Shown here: in pieces, positions 1 to 11,976 of the stretch
Layout of the letters: the number at the start of each line of letters is the position of its first letter
Position numbering within the stretch: position 1 is the stretch's first letter
IMG/VR virus record: IMGVR_UViG_3300028864_000019
Span: 47,870-111,869 of that record
From: a virus
Reading direction: 5' to 3' (one strand)
Length of the DNA: 64,000 bases
Notes under the pieces: model-generated
Databases searched by the model: none
What the model was told of the DNA's origin: nothing
What the model saw: only the letters and a program-made list of their open reading frames with translations
Made by a program: the position numbers and the translations under genes

Positions 1-1727
1 TTATCAACTTTTATAAAATATGTCCACCTAATTCAATGCTCCACTCATTTAATCTAAATATTCCATATGCACCATTGTATTTAACCTCATATCCAATTAA
101 ATCATGGTTTGAATTATATAACTCATTACTTATTATTCCTTTATAAGTAATTGTTGTACCACCTATTTTCTTAACACATTTGATAGACCTCAATTCTCCC
201 ACCTCACTTCCAATGAAATTATGATATTATTGCCTTATCTATCAACTTCAACTTCCATTCCTAAATCTTCTAATAAATCTTTAATATTACACGCCAACTC
301 TCTTACACCACATTGCGAATCAAATGACCATCCATTTACCCAAATCATAGTATCTCCTATTTCAATTATAACCTTTTTCTTTTCATCTTCCATTTTCTCT
401 TTCCTCCTAAACTCAATATTTTAATGACTCTTCAATTAGCATCAAAACACAAGCAACCCATATTTTTCAATATATCCTTTTAAATCCATAGGCATGTTAT
501 CAAATAATCTAAACAAAAAGTATTGATAACTATTAACTTTCATTAATTCATCTTTGTGTATACCTACTGTCAGGTTACTAAATTGATATTGAAGATTTTT
601 ATCTATAAAAGATATTCCTAAAACTAAATAATCTGCATCATTGAATCCTTTAATGTTCATTCCAGAAATTTTTGTATGATTGTAATAGTTCATCCAATCC
701 ATAATATTATATTCAATTGTTTGACCAATTTTTATAACTTTAGCATTCTCTTTAAAATTTTTCATATAAATAATCCTCTCTTATATTTTATTTTATTTGC
801 ACTAATTCAACTTCATCAGTTTTCAATCTTCTAATTCCTCCATATGTAAATAATTCAATGGTATCACCTTTAACAAATCCTATAAATACTTTATCCTTTA
901 GTTTATCATCATTTAATATTTTAAAAGCTCCCAATGTTATCTTACCTCCTGAATCCCACTATATTTTTTCTTTGTTTATTCTTAGTAACATCTTTATAGC
1001 TAATTCATATTCTCCAGCTTCTAATAACCCTTTTATAATACCTTTCATTTCAACTACCTCCTATTTGTTATTTTCTTAATCTCTTTTCTATATTATAGCA
1101 TTTATATTTCAATATTGCAATACTTTATATATTAATTTATTTTAATAATTATACAATCCCAGATCTTTATGAATTGCCTTGTAAAATAACGCCATAACTT
1201 CAGCTTCTTTGAGGTAATGACACCTTACATTTCTTTCACCATCTTGATTACTCATTACAAAATCATACGTTAAGAATCCATCTACTGTTATGCTAATTTT
1301 GTAATACTCGTAGCTATCTTCATCTATAATATACTCTAAGCAACCGTTTATATACATATTATCTTTTCTATAAGTAACACACCATTCATCTCCTAAGATT
1401 GCATTTAACTTTAACATTAAATTATATAACATTTCAACTTGCTCCTTATTTAATTTGCTTCTTTGATATATTATATTCAGCTATACTTAAAATAGTACCA
1501 CAAAAATAATAAATTAATATAATAACTTAAAAACTATATATAGATAAACTATCCCAACCAATATGCAAATGCTCCTATACTTAAAATTAATAATATAATC
1601 AATATCCTAACTATTATTCCCATATAATTATAACTCAATTTAACATCAAATATTTTATTGTCTATGTGAAATTTTCTACTTTGGTATAGATACTCACTTA
1701 TTTCTTTTTTAGATTTCATTATATCGC

Positions 1728-2039
1728 CTACTTTCTATTCATTTCCATTTCTAAAATAATATTTACTGTATGCTTACCCATATCATCAAGACTATTATAT
1801 TTATCTAACAGTTTCTTTTCACTTTCAGTTAAATAATTATTATTCCAACCCATTAACCAATCAGGAGCGACTTCTAATATATCAGCTAATCTTTCTATCT
1901 TATCAAAAGGTATATTTGATATTACACCACTTTCATATCTTTGTAATGTTGGCTTACTTACTCCTAGTTTTCTAGATACTTCGTCTAATGTCATATTTAA
2001 TTCTAATCTTCTATTTTTAATATTCTCTTTAAAACTCAT
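1728..2039 (-). CDS. XRE/Cro-C1 family HTH transcriptional regulator
   Basis: IKNRRLELNMTLDEVSRKLGVSKPTLQRYESG is a typical HTH_3 signature; ends with the 'LADILEVAPDWLMG' pattern. Confidence 0.9.
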   Translation of the reverse strand: MSFKENIKNRRLELNMTLDEVSRKLGVSKPTLQRYESGVISNIPFDKIERLADILEVAPDWLMGWNNNYLTESEKKLLDKYNSLDDMGKHTVNIILEMEMNRK

Positions 2040-2226
2040 AATTTTCTTCCTTTATAACTCTTCTTTGCTCTCTTTGAAGAACTAAATTAGCCATATTCAT
2101 ATAAAAATCCTGTTCTTCCTTTGTTTTTGCCTCATTAAATAATTCCTTTAACTCTGAATATGAATACTTTAAAAACTGATTATACAAATTAAAATTCGAT
2201 TTGTTATCCATAATATAATTCTCCAT
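2029..2226 (-). CDS. small hypothetical protein, coupled to the XRE gene
   Basis: 65 aa ORF overlapping the XRE start. Confidence 0.6.
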   Translation of the reverse strand: MENYIMDNKSNFNLYNQFLKYSYSELKELFNEAKTKEEQDFYMNMANLVLQREQRRVIKEENYEF

Positions 2227-2469
2227 TCATTTTATATACATATAATTATATCATATATTTATTTTAATATTATACTATATAATTCTCAAAATATTCCAGT
2301 TATTTTTAACGTAAAATACCGAATTTAATTGCTTATTTTTCTACAGGTCTTATTATATTACCTACCTTATTACAACCTCGTGGTGAGCCTTGTGACGTTA
2401 CTATATAAGTAATTTCTCTGCAACAAAAAAGAGTACAAAGATTTTTCTTTATACTCTCAATAATTTAAT

Positions 2470-2994
2470 TTAGAATCCAGTTACTTCTGCTAATTTATAC
2501 GTTGCAACTGCATCATCTGTATCTATTCCCATTGCTTTAAATTTCCATGTACCGTCTTTGGCTAAATTATTTACATTTGCAATAGCTGTTCCTAATTGAT
2601 TACCATCTTTGTCAAATAAATTATATGTTACTTGAACATAATTTAATTCTTTTCCTGAGTTGTTTTTAATTATCCCTTCTATATGAATAGCAAATGAATC
2701 TTTTGAACTTGTAACTTCTCCAACAAATTCATATTTTTCTTTTGGTTTCTCTTCAACTTTTAGAGTTTCTGTTTTTGTTTCTTGTTTGTCTACACTTGCA
2801 TTTGTTTGAGTTAAATCTGTTTTAGTCTTACTTCCTCCCGATCCTATTGCTCCCAATAAGAAGAATACTACAATAGTAATAAACCACCATCTTAAATAAA
2901 TAGGCTTTTTATTTTTAGCACCACAACTAGGACAAGACTTAGCACTTTTTGCAATTTCAATTCCACAAGTTTTACATTTAATCATTTTAGGCAT
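2470..2994 (-). CDS. zinc-ribbon + transmembrane + FxLYD-domain membrane protein
   Basis: CKTC..CPSCG, hydrophobic WWFITIVVFFLLGAIG, C-terminal YNLFDKDGNQLG (FxLYD-like). Confidence 0.75.
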   Translation of the reverse strand: MPKMIKCKTCGIEIAKSAKSCPSCGAKNKKPIYLRWWFITIVVFFLLGAIGSGGSKTKTDLTQTNASVDKQETKTETLKVEEKPKEKYEFVGEVTSSKDSFAIHIEGIIKNNSGKELNYVQVTYNLFDKDGNQLGTAIANVNNLAKDGTWKFKAMGIDTDDAVATYKLAEVTGF

Positions 2995-3419
2995 TTTCAG
3001 CTCTCCTCATTATTTATTATTATAATTTTAATTTATTTATATAAGCACAACATACAGTTATGTATCTATTTAAAATACCGTATGTTGTGTTAAAGGTCTT
3101 GTTTTTAATGAAATAACGCTTTTAAAAGAATTTAAATTTATTGTCATGTAAATCAAACCTAATTTCATAATTAATGCTCTTTGGTTCTACATGATTTTCT
3201 TCAGATAGCTCTATTATTGATTTTAAATTTTCAAACACTTCATTAACTACTTCTTTGTCAGTTTTATTATGTTCTTCTATTATTGTTTCTACTATATCTG
3301 ATATACATATAACTTTAGAAAAATCATTGTTGTTTATAATCTTGTATTGCTTCATTTTTAATCACTCCTTAATTATTAATTGATAATTATTTTCAATAAA
3401 ACTCTTGATTTATTGTCTT

Positions 3420-3971
3420 TTATTTTTTTAAATCTTCTAAAGCTTTTAATTCTTTTTCATATGCTGACATTTTAGATTCTATATAATCTTTTCTTCTATT
3501 AATTGCTTCAACTAATTCATTTTCATACTCTTCTTTCGTTGCCAACTCATATTCTTTACTATCTTCTAATACATATTCCACTTTTAAACTGCAATTATTC
3601 TTAATTTCATATTTCCCATCAAAGTCATAATCTAGCCACAATCCACCATAAAATTCTTTTGTTCTATTTAGTTTTAATATTTCTTTCTTGTCTTTAATAT
3701 ACTCAGGTAAATCATCTACAAACTCATATTCCCAGTCCTTAAGCCATAATTCTTCATCATTATACTGTATACAAATCATTTCTTCATAGTCATAACTATA
3801 CAAGACATCAAATGTTTTTCCTACTGAATCCTTATATTCACTATTTAATATAGATTCACATTCTAAAACTTTTGCTTTTCTAAATTTAAATGATTCTTTC
3901 TCTAAAATATATTCACCATCTTTTATTAATTGTTCTACAAAGCCATTTTCATATTTCTTCATGAATATCAA
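3420..3971 (-). CDS. hypothetical protein
   Basis: 183 aa ORF with GGAG-type RBS, same orientation as neighbours. Confidence 0.6.
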   Translation of the reverse strand: MIFMKKYENGFVEQLIKDGEYILEKESFKFRKAKVLECESILNSEYKDSVGKTFDVLYSYDYEEMICIQYNDEELWLKDWEYEFVDDLPEYIKDKKEILKLNRTKEFYGGLWLDYDFDGKYEIKNNCSLKVEYVLEDSKEYELATKEEYENELVEAINRRKDYIESKMSAYEKELKALEDLKK

Positions 3972-4017
3972 CTCCTCAATATTTAATTATATTATAACTC
4001 CGATTAAAAGAACTATT

Positions 4018-4797
4018 TTAAGCCAACATATTATTTTTATTGTATAAATATCTTAAACCATCAGCTAAGTTCTTTAAAGCTTCTGGTGATGGTTTATTGC
4101 ATCTTACGGTTATAGTCACTTCTCTACCACCAATAATTCTCTTATCAACCGTTGTAGTCCACTCGCTTTTATTAACAGATTCAACTTCCTCTAAATCAAC
4201 TGCCTTTATTTCCTTTTCATTTAATGATTGACATACAACATTTATTTCTAATGGAATATTTCTTTTTCTATCTCTATAATTTTTAGAAATGAATCTAGCT
4301 ATATATTCTATTTTAATATCAACATCTCTATATTCATTGTTATCTTTTACGAAATCATCATATAAGTATTTTATCATAGAATATTCTTTTTGTATTTTTG
4401 CTAAATTTAATGACATAAATTTATGTTTATAATCATCATATTGTTTAGATGATTTTTTATTGCTCTTTATTAATACAGGAATTAATTTATCTATTATTGT
4501 ATTTATATAATCACTAATATTTTTATAATTTTTTGTAACAGCTTTTAATAAACTTGTATTGAAGTCTTTCTCCCAATTATTACATAACTTAATTAACTTG
4601 AAAATCTCAAACATTTCATATCCTTCGGTTGGAATATGAACAAATTTCAAAGGTTCGTATTTTTCAAATTCTGATTTTATAAAGTTAGCATTAATATTAT
4701 ATTTTTCTAGTTCTAATTTTAATCCTTCTATAGTTGCGTTTCTGTTCCCGTACATATATTTTTTAACTATAGTCTCATATCTTTTTATTTGTGGCAT
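4018..4797 (-). CDS. hypothetical protein
   Basis: 259 aa ORF, AGGAGG RBS. Confidence 0.65.
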   Translation of the reverse strand: MPQIKRYETIVKKYMYGNRNATIEGLKLELEKYNINANFIKSEFEKYEPLKFVHIPTEGYEMFEIFKLIKLCNNWEKDFNTSLLKAVTKNYKNISDYINTIIDKLIPVLIKSNKKSSKQYDDYKHKFMSLNLAKIQKEYSMIKYLYDDFVKDNNEYRDVDIKIEYIARFISKNYRDRKRNIPLEINVVCQSLNEKEIKAVDLEEVESVNKSEWTTTVDKRIIGGREVTITVRCNKPSPEALKNLADGLRYLYNKNNMLA

Positions 4798-4874
4798 ATC
4801 AATATCCTCCTAATTTCATTCTTAATTCTCTTATGATAGTACACGATTTAACATGTACTAAGCTAAAAGAACTC

Positions 4875-5351
4875 TTATTTATTCATTAATACATTTATTA
4901 ACATTCTATACTCATTAGGTATTAAACTCAATACTAAGCTATTGTCTGTGTACTTTAAAGCCTTATCAAAATTATTTTCTATACTAAAAGTTATGAATGA
5001 TTTTATATATCTTTCTTGATTATTTCTAGTAACACCTTCAAAATTATTTAAATAGCTTTCTAACTCGTTAGTATTAATCTCTAAAATATCTTTATCAATT
5101 GCATCTATAAATCTTTTAACTGCACTCTTATATTGAGGTAGGCTTGATTTAGTTTTACCACTGTTACTCTCAAAGTTATTCCAGTATTCTTGATTAATCC
5201 CTTTGATTGAATAAAGTTCTTTTCTAACTTCTAACCCCTTATAAAATTGCTCCCCTTTATGATAATTTCCTTTAGTTGTACTATTTGATGCTATCAAATT
5301 ATTTGATCTAGATTTATAACTTTCAAAATTTACAAGTTCCATATAAAACAC
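4875..5351 (-). CDS. protein resembling an isolated tyrosine-recombinase N-terminal (SAM-like) DNA-binding domain
   Basis: KTKSSLPQYKSAVKRF...ILEINTNELESYL...TRNNQERYIKSFITF pattern; no catalytic domain. Confidence 0.45.
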   Translation of the reverse strand: MFYMELVNFESYKSRSNNLIASNSTTKGNYHKGEQFYKGLEVRKELYSIKGINQEYWNNFESNSGKTKSSLPQYKSAVKRFIDAIDKDILEINTNELESYLNNFEGVTRNNQERYIKSFITFSIENNFDKALKYTDNSLVLSLIPNEYRMLINVLMNK

Positions 5352-5883
5352 TCCTCATTAATATTTAATTACTTTTTATGTAGCATTTCCGTAACTCTTA
5401 TCTTATATTCATTATAAATCTTTTCTTTATAAATTGCAATACTTCTTACATTAATTTATTGAATTATTTTTTATACTAAGCAACTTATATTATTCAAAAT
5501 CCATTCTAATGAAGTACCACGTTCTAATAATTCCTGTACTTTTCCCACAAAGCTTAAATTTATATTGATATTTTCCTTTGTACAACTTTCTACAATCTTA
5601 CTGTATATATTTATACTCATATGTATTACCTCCTTTACCAAACTTGTATATATGGTGTTTTTATAATTTTCTTAGTTGGATTACCTAAAGTACCACCCCA
5701 CTCAACTTTTACATCAACACATTCTTTTACATTACTTAATCTGCAATTACCATTCATCATATCATAAACTTTTATTTCAATATCATCTGGATAATCTTTT
5801 ATTTTTTCTAAAAATTCACCTTTGGTCATTTTATTTCCCTCCTATATTTTACAATTAAAATTTGATTTTTATCAGCTTATTTT

Positions 5884-6372
5884 TTATTTATTACATAAAT
5901 CTTTTCTAATTTTATCCCTTCTTTCTTCTCTACGCTCCTTTAAAGGATGTATAAAGTCATTATTTAAGGAATCTACACAACCATTATTTATACTCCACAC
6001 ATATCCTATTGGAATAATATAATCATTATTAATATCATAAAATAAGCCATCATATGTATATTCTAAAACATTATATAAATCATTGGTATTCCACATATCA
6101 ACTAATAATCCATTATAATTAATTTTATATCCTCCAAAAGAATTCTTTATAAATTCTAATTTGTGATATTCAGTGAATAATTCAATACAATCTGAATCAT
6201 TCAGGACTACTATATCTAAATCTTTTGGCTTTCTATCATTTAAAATATCTTTAACTGCTCCACCTATTAAAAATGTAGGACATTTAAATTCCTGTTCTAA
6301 TATTATAGGAAATTTTTTTTGTAAATAATTTTTAATCTTTTCTTTATTTCTATTTAAATCATTATAATTCAT
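5884..6372 (-). CDS. nucleotidyltransferase (CCA-adding/poly(A) polymerase head domain)
   Basis: LIGGAVKD...PKDLDIVV class II NTase motif. Confidence 0.8.
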   Translation of the reverse strand: MNYNDLNRNKEKIKNYLQKKFPIILEQEFKCPTFLIGGAVKDILNDRKPKDLDIVVLNDSDCIELFTEYHKLEFIKNSFGGYKINYNGLLVDMWNTNDLYNVLEYTYDGLFYDINNDYIIPIGYVWSINNGCVDSLNNDFIHPLKERREERRDKIRKDLCNK

Positions 6373-6385
6373 TTTTACTACTCCT

Positions 6386-6868
6386 TTATATTAAAAAATT
6401 ATCTTTATCCCAATACTTAGCTATATAACCATTCTTATATCTATTGTCATTTGTAACTTCTCTACCAAACCAATTTGGAATAATAAAACTATTACTTTTT
6501 TCTTCAGACTCAAACTCTACTTCAATTACCTTTAATGAATTAGTATCATCAACATATACATTCTCATAAAAATCAACTTCTGCTTTTAGATTATTTTTCA
6601 AAGGCACTATAAATCTAAATTTACTAATTAAACTGTTAGGTTGTCTATTTTTATATAAATCTTCATATGTATTTTGGGATATTTCAAGTTCATATTCTTC
6701 TCTAACTTTATCACCTTTACTTTTAACAGTTAAATAATATTTATCTTGTTTTTCTCTGATCCTTACTTCTGGTGTATATGACAAATAACTTTGTTTTATT
6801 GCTTTTACTGGATATGTCCACATTTTTTCTATATTACCTTTAAATAAAAATTTCCTTTCTATTTCCAC
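6386..6868 (-). CDS. CYTH-domain protein (triphosphate tunnel metalloenzyme)
   Basis: MEIERKFL, RIR, LTVK, EYE, EVEF, WFGREVT..RYKN motifs. Confidence 0.9.
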   Translation of the reverse strand: MEIERKFLFKGNIEKMWTYPVKAIKQSYLSYTPEVRIREKQDKYYLTVKSKGDKVREEYELEISQNTYEDLYKNRQPNSLISKFRFIVPLKNNLKAEVDFYENVYVDDTNSLKVIEVEFESEEKSNSFIIPNWFGREVTNDNRYKNGYIAKYWDKDNFLI

Positions 6869-7631
6869 ATTAGTCTCTCCTTTAATTTATTATTATATAG
6901 TATTTTAAACCATTTAAAAGTGGAATTTGATTAAAAACATTAATATGCATCCCAAAGCATATATTCACCATTCATAAGTTCACTTAGTATTAAAGTTCCT
7001 TCAATTGAAGCACTCCTTAAATAATTTTCTTTTCCATATTCTTCACGCATAAATTCTTCTTCGTATAGATCTGATATAAGTAAATTTTTATCTTTTTTAT
7101 ATTTTTCAATAACATAGTTTATTGCTTCATCTTCATCATCAAATATATAAAACATATCATATACATCTTCACCTCGTAATTCTATTGGAATTTCAAAATT
7201 ATCTTTACATGTTTTCATTAAAATCATCTCCTTAAAATTATTTTTATCTGCTTTGCTTTAAAATGCAAGTTTGATTGGAACTCTAAACAACAAAATACTT
7301 ACTATCCCATCTCTTGAAAATTTTATTTTTATCTCTTTTCTTTACATGAAATAATATATTCTGTCTTCTAAATTGCATATATCCTTTTGTATTTTTATCT
7401 TTATATATTAGTAGTTCTCTATTATATATAAGATGCTTCAAATCATATGTATAATAGCTTATAAATAATATTAAACGCTGATACCAGTATAAATTCTTTA
7501 TATCAATTAAATTTTTCCACATATCGTTAACTTCCTGAAGTTATTTTTTTTTCTCAAAAGAGACTATAAACAACCCTGCAAATAATCCCTCCTTACACCT
7601 TAATTCTTTATGTAGTACTTTATATAATATA

Positions 7632-8471
7632 TTAAATTGCTGGTGCTAAATCTTCTATTACTTTTTCTAAAGGTTTTTCTATAACCTTGCCGTCCTTTAA
7701 TAATTTATTATATATGTATGTAATTCCTATAGGTTTCAAAAGTGTTTTATAGTTAGTTTGTCCTGTCCATTGATTAATTACTGGAATAACTTTAAAATAC
7801 TTTGTATAAGCTTGATAAGGTACATTATTAGACATTAATATCTTTTTATCTTTTAACCAAGCAAATAGTCTTGTTCTCCCTAATTCTTTAGATTCTAATA
7901 TTTTAGCATATGTACCAATATCATAACAATTATTTGTATTTACAAACTTGTCTACCAAACTTACAATAGGTTTCATTTCAGCATTCTCATCTTTTAATAA
8001 TAAATTTTCTTCTTTCAGTCTAGTTACTTTGTTTTGTAAAATAGTCATAGCTTGGAGAATAAATTCATCATCTGACATTTCACCACCAGATACTTTTTCT
8101 TCTCCATTTATGTACGCTCCATCTTTTCTAATTGCAGGGATAACTACTCCTGTGATCCATTTTTTAAAATCTTTAGCTATCTTAAATCTTTCAGGATTTC
8201 TTTTAGTTATAGATAATACTGAATTATATAATCCACTTTCATTAATTACTAAACATTCTTGCTCCCCTCCAAGGGTAAGCAAAGTTTGCGTATCCTTCTC
8301 ATCATCATCTAAATTCCTTGTCATATCAGTAGCTTTGTTATATTGTAATACTTTTGCAACATCTGAACCCATAAACCAAATTACATTGTCAATTTCAATT
8401 GCTCTTACCTCACCAAACCTTTCATTTAAAAATTCTTGTACTTTATTACCCATAATTCTCTCTTCCTTCAT
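7632..8471 (-). CDS. BRO-N / KilAC-type phage antirepressor
   Basis: FGEVRAI...WFMGSDVAKVL, INESGLY, FKKWIT..VIPAIRKDGAY; C-terminal GRTRLFAWLK. Confidence 0.88.
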   Translation of the reverse strand: MKEERIMGNKVQEFLNERFGEVRAIEIDNVIWFMGSDVAKVLQYNKATDMTRNLDDDEKDTQTLLTLGGEQECLVINESGLYNSVLSITKRNPERFKIAKDFKKWITGVVIPAIRKDGAYINGEEKVSGGEMSDDEFILQAMTILQNKVTRLKEENLLLKDENAEMKPIVSLVDKFVNTNNCYDIGTYAKILESKELGRTRLFAWLKDKKILMSNNVPYQAYTKYFKVIPVINQWTGQTNYKTLLKPIGITYIYNKLLKDGKVIEKPLEKVIEDLAPAI

Positions 8472-8546
8472 ATTTATTAAACATATTTTTTATTTAATAT
8501 GCCTGTATAAGGATACCCCCGTATAAGATATCCTTAAGCCTACATA

Positions 8547-9152
8547 CTATTCTGCATCAATTACCACATCTTCAACTATTGCCCTAGTAATATCAATACT
8601 TAACAACTTACAAATTAAATATGTCACATATCCGTCCAATAATATATTTTCTTTATTAATTGTAATATCTTTATCAAATTTTTTATTAACTTTATAATAA
8701 TTTAATCTTTCAGAAATTTTATCTATTGATGGCGGAGTTAATTTGAATGAATCTTGAATATTAATATTTTTTACATTAATATAAATTTTTTCTTTATTAA
8801 ATTCATTGCATTTAGACTGTGCTTCTTCTTTGCTATAGAATAAATTTTCCTCAGCTCTATTTAAATTACTATGTCCACAATATCCTTTATATTTTACAGA
8901 TGCTTTAAGATTACTATCTAAACTGACTTTATAAGATGTTATTTGGAATGGTTCATCACAAACTACATGAATTTGCTTGTTAGATACAAACTTACCTTGT
9001 CCCATACATTCAGGACATCTCATAACTTTATCATTGTATGTAATTGTCTTTTTACCCTCGCATACATGACAAACTTTTTCTTCTTTGATTTGCTTTATTG
9101 TATAGAATATCTCACCTTTTTCAAATTTAACTGGTATTATTAATTCTTTCAT
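8547..9152 (-). CDS. DnaJ-type zinc finger protein with ParB-like C-terminal region
   Basis: CHVCEGKK and CPECMGQG; ILLDGYVTYL. Confidence 0.5.
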   Translation of the reverse strand: MKELIIPVKFEKGEIFYTIKQIKEEKVCHVCEGKKTITYNDKVMRCPECMGQGKFVSNKQIHVVCDEPFQITSYKVSLDSNLKASVKYKGYCGHSNLNRAEENLFYSKEEAQSKCNEFNKEKIYINVKNINIQDSFKLTPPSIDKISERLNYYKVNKKFDKDITINKENILLDGYVTYLICKLLSIDITRAIVEDVVIDAE

Positions 9153-9268
9153 TTTACATTTCTTCTTCTTACTTTAATTTATTTTTATTAATATTAGTAT
9201 AAACTTTCCATTTTTAATTGTCAATTGCTTTTTATATTAATTTATCATAACCTATTCAAATGAGTAAT

Positions 9269-9793
9269 TTAATTACTCCATAAACAAGTTAAATTACCCA
9301 TTGAATTATCAAAACAACCATATAAAAAGTTTAAATCTAAGTAATTATTTTCATTATTTAATCTTTCTTTTAAGAATCCATTATCTTCATTCTCTATATC
9401 ATCTATAAAGTTATTCCAGCTACTTGATATAAAGTTAATAAATCCTTCATCGTTTCCACGCTCTTTAAATCTTCTTATCCATTCTACTTTTAAATCTTTA
9501 TTAGGATATACCATAATAACTTTAATATTATTCTCTTTTAGAGCTTTCCTAACATTATCATGGCTTGATACAAATATTACATCAACTTTTCCTATATTCT
9601 CTTTGATATGCTTAATATAATTCGTAGGAAACTCAGGATTCCTCTCTTTAGTATTATTACTATTCTCGTCTTTAACCCAACTAAATTCACTACTGTCGCT
9701 ATCTAACATAGCATATATATCTTGATGATTCCTAAAACAATAACTCTTTCCACATGCAGGAAATGCACTAATTACAAATGTTTGTTTTCTCAT
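9269..9793 (-). CDS. P-loop nucleotide kinase-like protein
   Basis: N-terminal ISAFPACGKS Walker A; DSDSS; RFKERGN lid-like motif. Confidence 0.65.
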   Translation of the reverse strand: MRKQTFVISAFPACGKSYCFRNHQDIYAMLDSDSSEFSWVKDENSNNTKERNPEFPTNYIKHIKENIGKVDVIFVSSHDNVRKALKENNIKVIMVYPNKDLKVEWIRRFKERGNDEGFINFISSSWNNFIDDIENEDNGFLKERLNNENNYLDLNFLYGCFDNSMGNLTCLWSN

Positions 9794-10668
9794 ATTTTTA
9801 TACCTCTTTCTTTTTTATTTTTTTTAATTTAGTCTATTTCAATATTAATATTATAATCGTTTTTGATATCCATAAATTCATGATCTTGAATATCAAATAT
9901 TCTATATAAAATATCCCCAATTATTTCATCTTTATTAATTAATTCAAGTCTAATTTGACAATCTTCTTTTCTGTAACAACCACCCATATTATTTATAGAT
10001 TTTCTAATATTCATCCTTTCTTGTAATAATGTTTCCATTGCTCTTTCTACATCTCTTTTACTTTGTGTAATTTTTAAAATTCCATTTTCAATTTTCATTT
10101 TCTTCCTCCTAATTTTAATTGATAATTATTATTGATAAAATTCATGTTTTATTTACTATTGATTATTATTTTCAATTAGTTCTATGTAAAAGAAAAGGAA
10201 CTTATTAAAAGCTCCTGAATTATAATTATTACTTATCTACTGCATTTGCTAAAGCTTCAGCAAAATCAAAACTCTCTCTATATTCCTTACAATTAAATTG
10301 AATCTTTTCGTCTGTTATGCCGTCTTCAATACATCTGCAACAATCACCAGTTAACCAATCACCACATGCAGTTGCTCCATGTTTATGAATATATTTTTTA
10401 AATACTTCTTCATTTACAGAAATTTTATCTTCACCTAGACTAATTGTTTTCTTAAATTCAAATAGTTTATCCATTTTTATATTCCTTTCTTTTTTATATA
10501 CTTTTTATTACGGTTTATTTTACTAATTTTAACATACTATTTCATATTCTTCTAATATTATTTTATACGCTCTAGACCTTCTTTTGTTAACTATATAAAA
10601 TCTTTATTAGTTTTTATTAGATTTTAAAAAGGAACTACAAAAAAATAGTAGTTATCTCTTTATTACTA

Positions 10669-11112
10669 TTACCAATCTAACCCAACTAATTTATCGCCCT
10701 TTACTTCCCAACATAGATTTTTTAATTGTTCTAACAAACTCATATTATACCATTGGATACTTCTATTTCTAAAACTTGATGCAGAATGAGCATATATTTT
10801 TTGTTCCTTTAACCATTTTTCTAACTCTGACATGTTATTATTGAAATCTTTTAAATTTATATTACCTTTATAATTTGCTTTTATATCAAATGTTATATAA
10901 ACATCTCTATCAACATTTTCTAGACTTAAAACATTTTTTGTAAATTTTTTTTCTATAATGTCTCTATCACTTTCTTTTTGTTTCTTCAATTCTTCTCTCT
11001 TTTTATCTAAAATTATTTTTAATAAAGTTTCTCTCTTTTCTATTTCTCTTAACTCTTTTTCCATTTCTTCAACTTCATTATTTAATTTATTACTTAGCAT
11101 ATTAACAACCAC
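10669..11112 (-). CDS. hypothetical coiled-coil protein
   Basis: 147 aa ORF. Confidence 0.55.
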   Translation of the reverse strand: MVVNMLSNKLNNEVEEMEKELREIEKRETLLKIILDKKREELKKQKESDRDIIEKKFTKNVLSLENVDRDVYITFDIKANYKGNINLKDFNNNMSELEKWLKEQKIYAHSASSFRNRSIQWYNMSLLEQLKNLCWEVKGDKLVGLDW

Positions 11113-11976
11113 CTTTATATTTAATTTATTTCTTTTATGTATCTCTTATCTATGTACTTAGTATATCATGGTTTAATCTAATTGTACATAGATTTTAAAC
11201 AAATTAATAGAAAACTAATCTACATATTCCCTTAAAATAATCAGTTTATCATAATATTCCTTTACACTATAACTAATATATTATCATTATTATTAAAAAT
11301 TATATCTTTTACAGTTGCGAAAATTATTGTCTTATTATATTCTTTTGCTAACTGTTTTAACATCTCTTTATCTGCCTTGTTAAGTTGTGCACTTCCTACC
11401 ATTAAAATATCTTTTTCATTTTCTTGTAGTTCTTTTAATACTTTAGATACATATATATTCATCGTTAATAACTTCCTTTTCTTTTGATTTAATTATTTCA
11501 CAGTTTTAATTTATTTTAATCCTCCAACTTACCTACTAATCTTTCAAGCTCATCAATTGATAAGTTAAATGTTTCGGGTTTGCCTTTATATCCTATGTAT
11601 TGATGCACTCTTACTGCTACTTTGCCTAGTACTATTATTTTTATAGCTCCTAATTTTTTAGTTTCATATATATTGCCTTGTTTCATATTCAACAACCCCT
11701 TAATCACATTAATTTATTTCCGTGGTATCTCTTATCTATGTATTAATTATAATGCTATATTAAATCAAAGTCAATAACAAATTAATATATAAACAAAAAT
11801 TATTTTCTGGTGGTTTTGTAGTCAATATAGAAGTTTTAAGCGTGTTTTGTTTTTAATGGTAACTTATACTATATTTTGATTTGTGAGCGTTCTGTGGCTT
11901 ATATGAGCTTAATTTTATCTATATATAAGGTTGTTAGTATTAACTAGTATTTATATTAACAACCTTATTTTTTATT

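Noticed and set aside
4875-5351. Functional integrase and att site
   Set aside because: Only 158 aa with no R-H-R-Y catalytic residues; no att site or host boundary is visible in the window.
7948-8526. 192 aa plus-strand ORF and similar antisense ORFs
   Set aside because: Shadow frames of well-supported opposite-strand genes.
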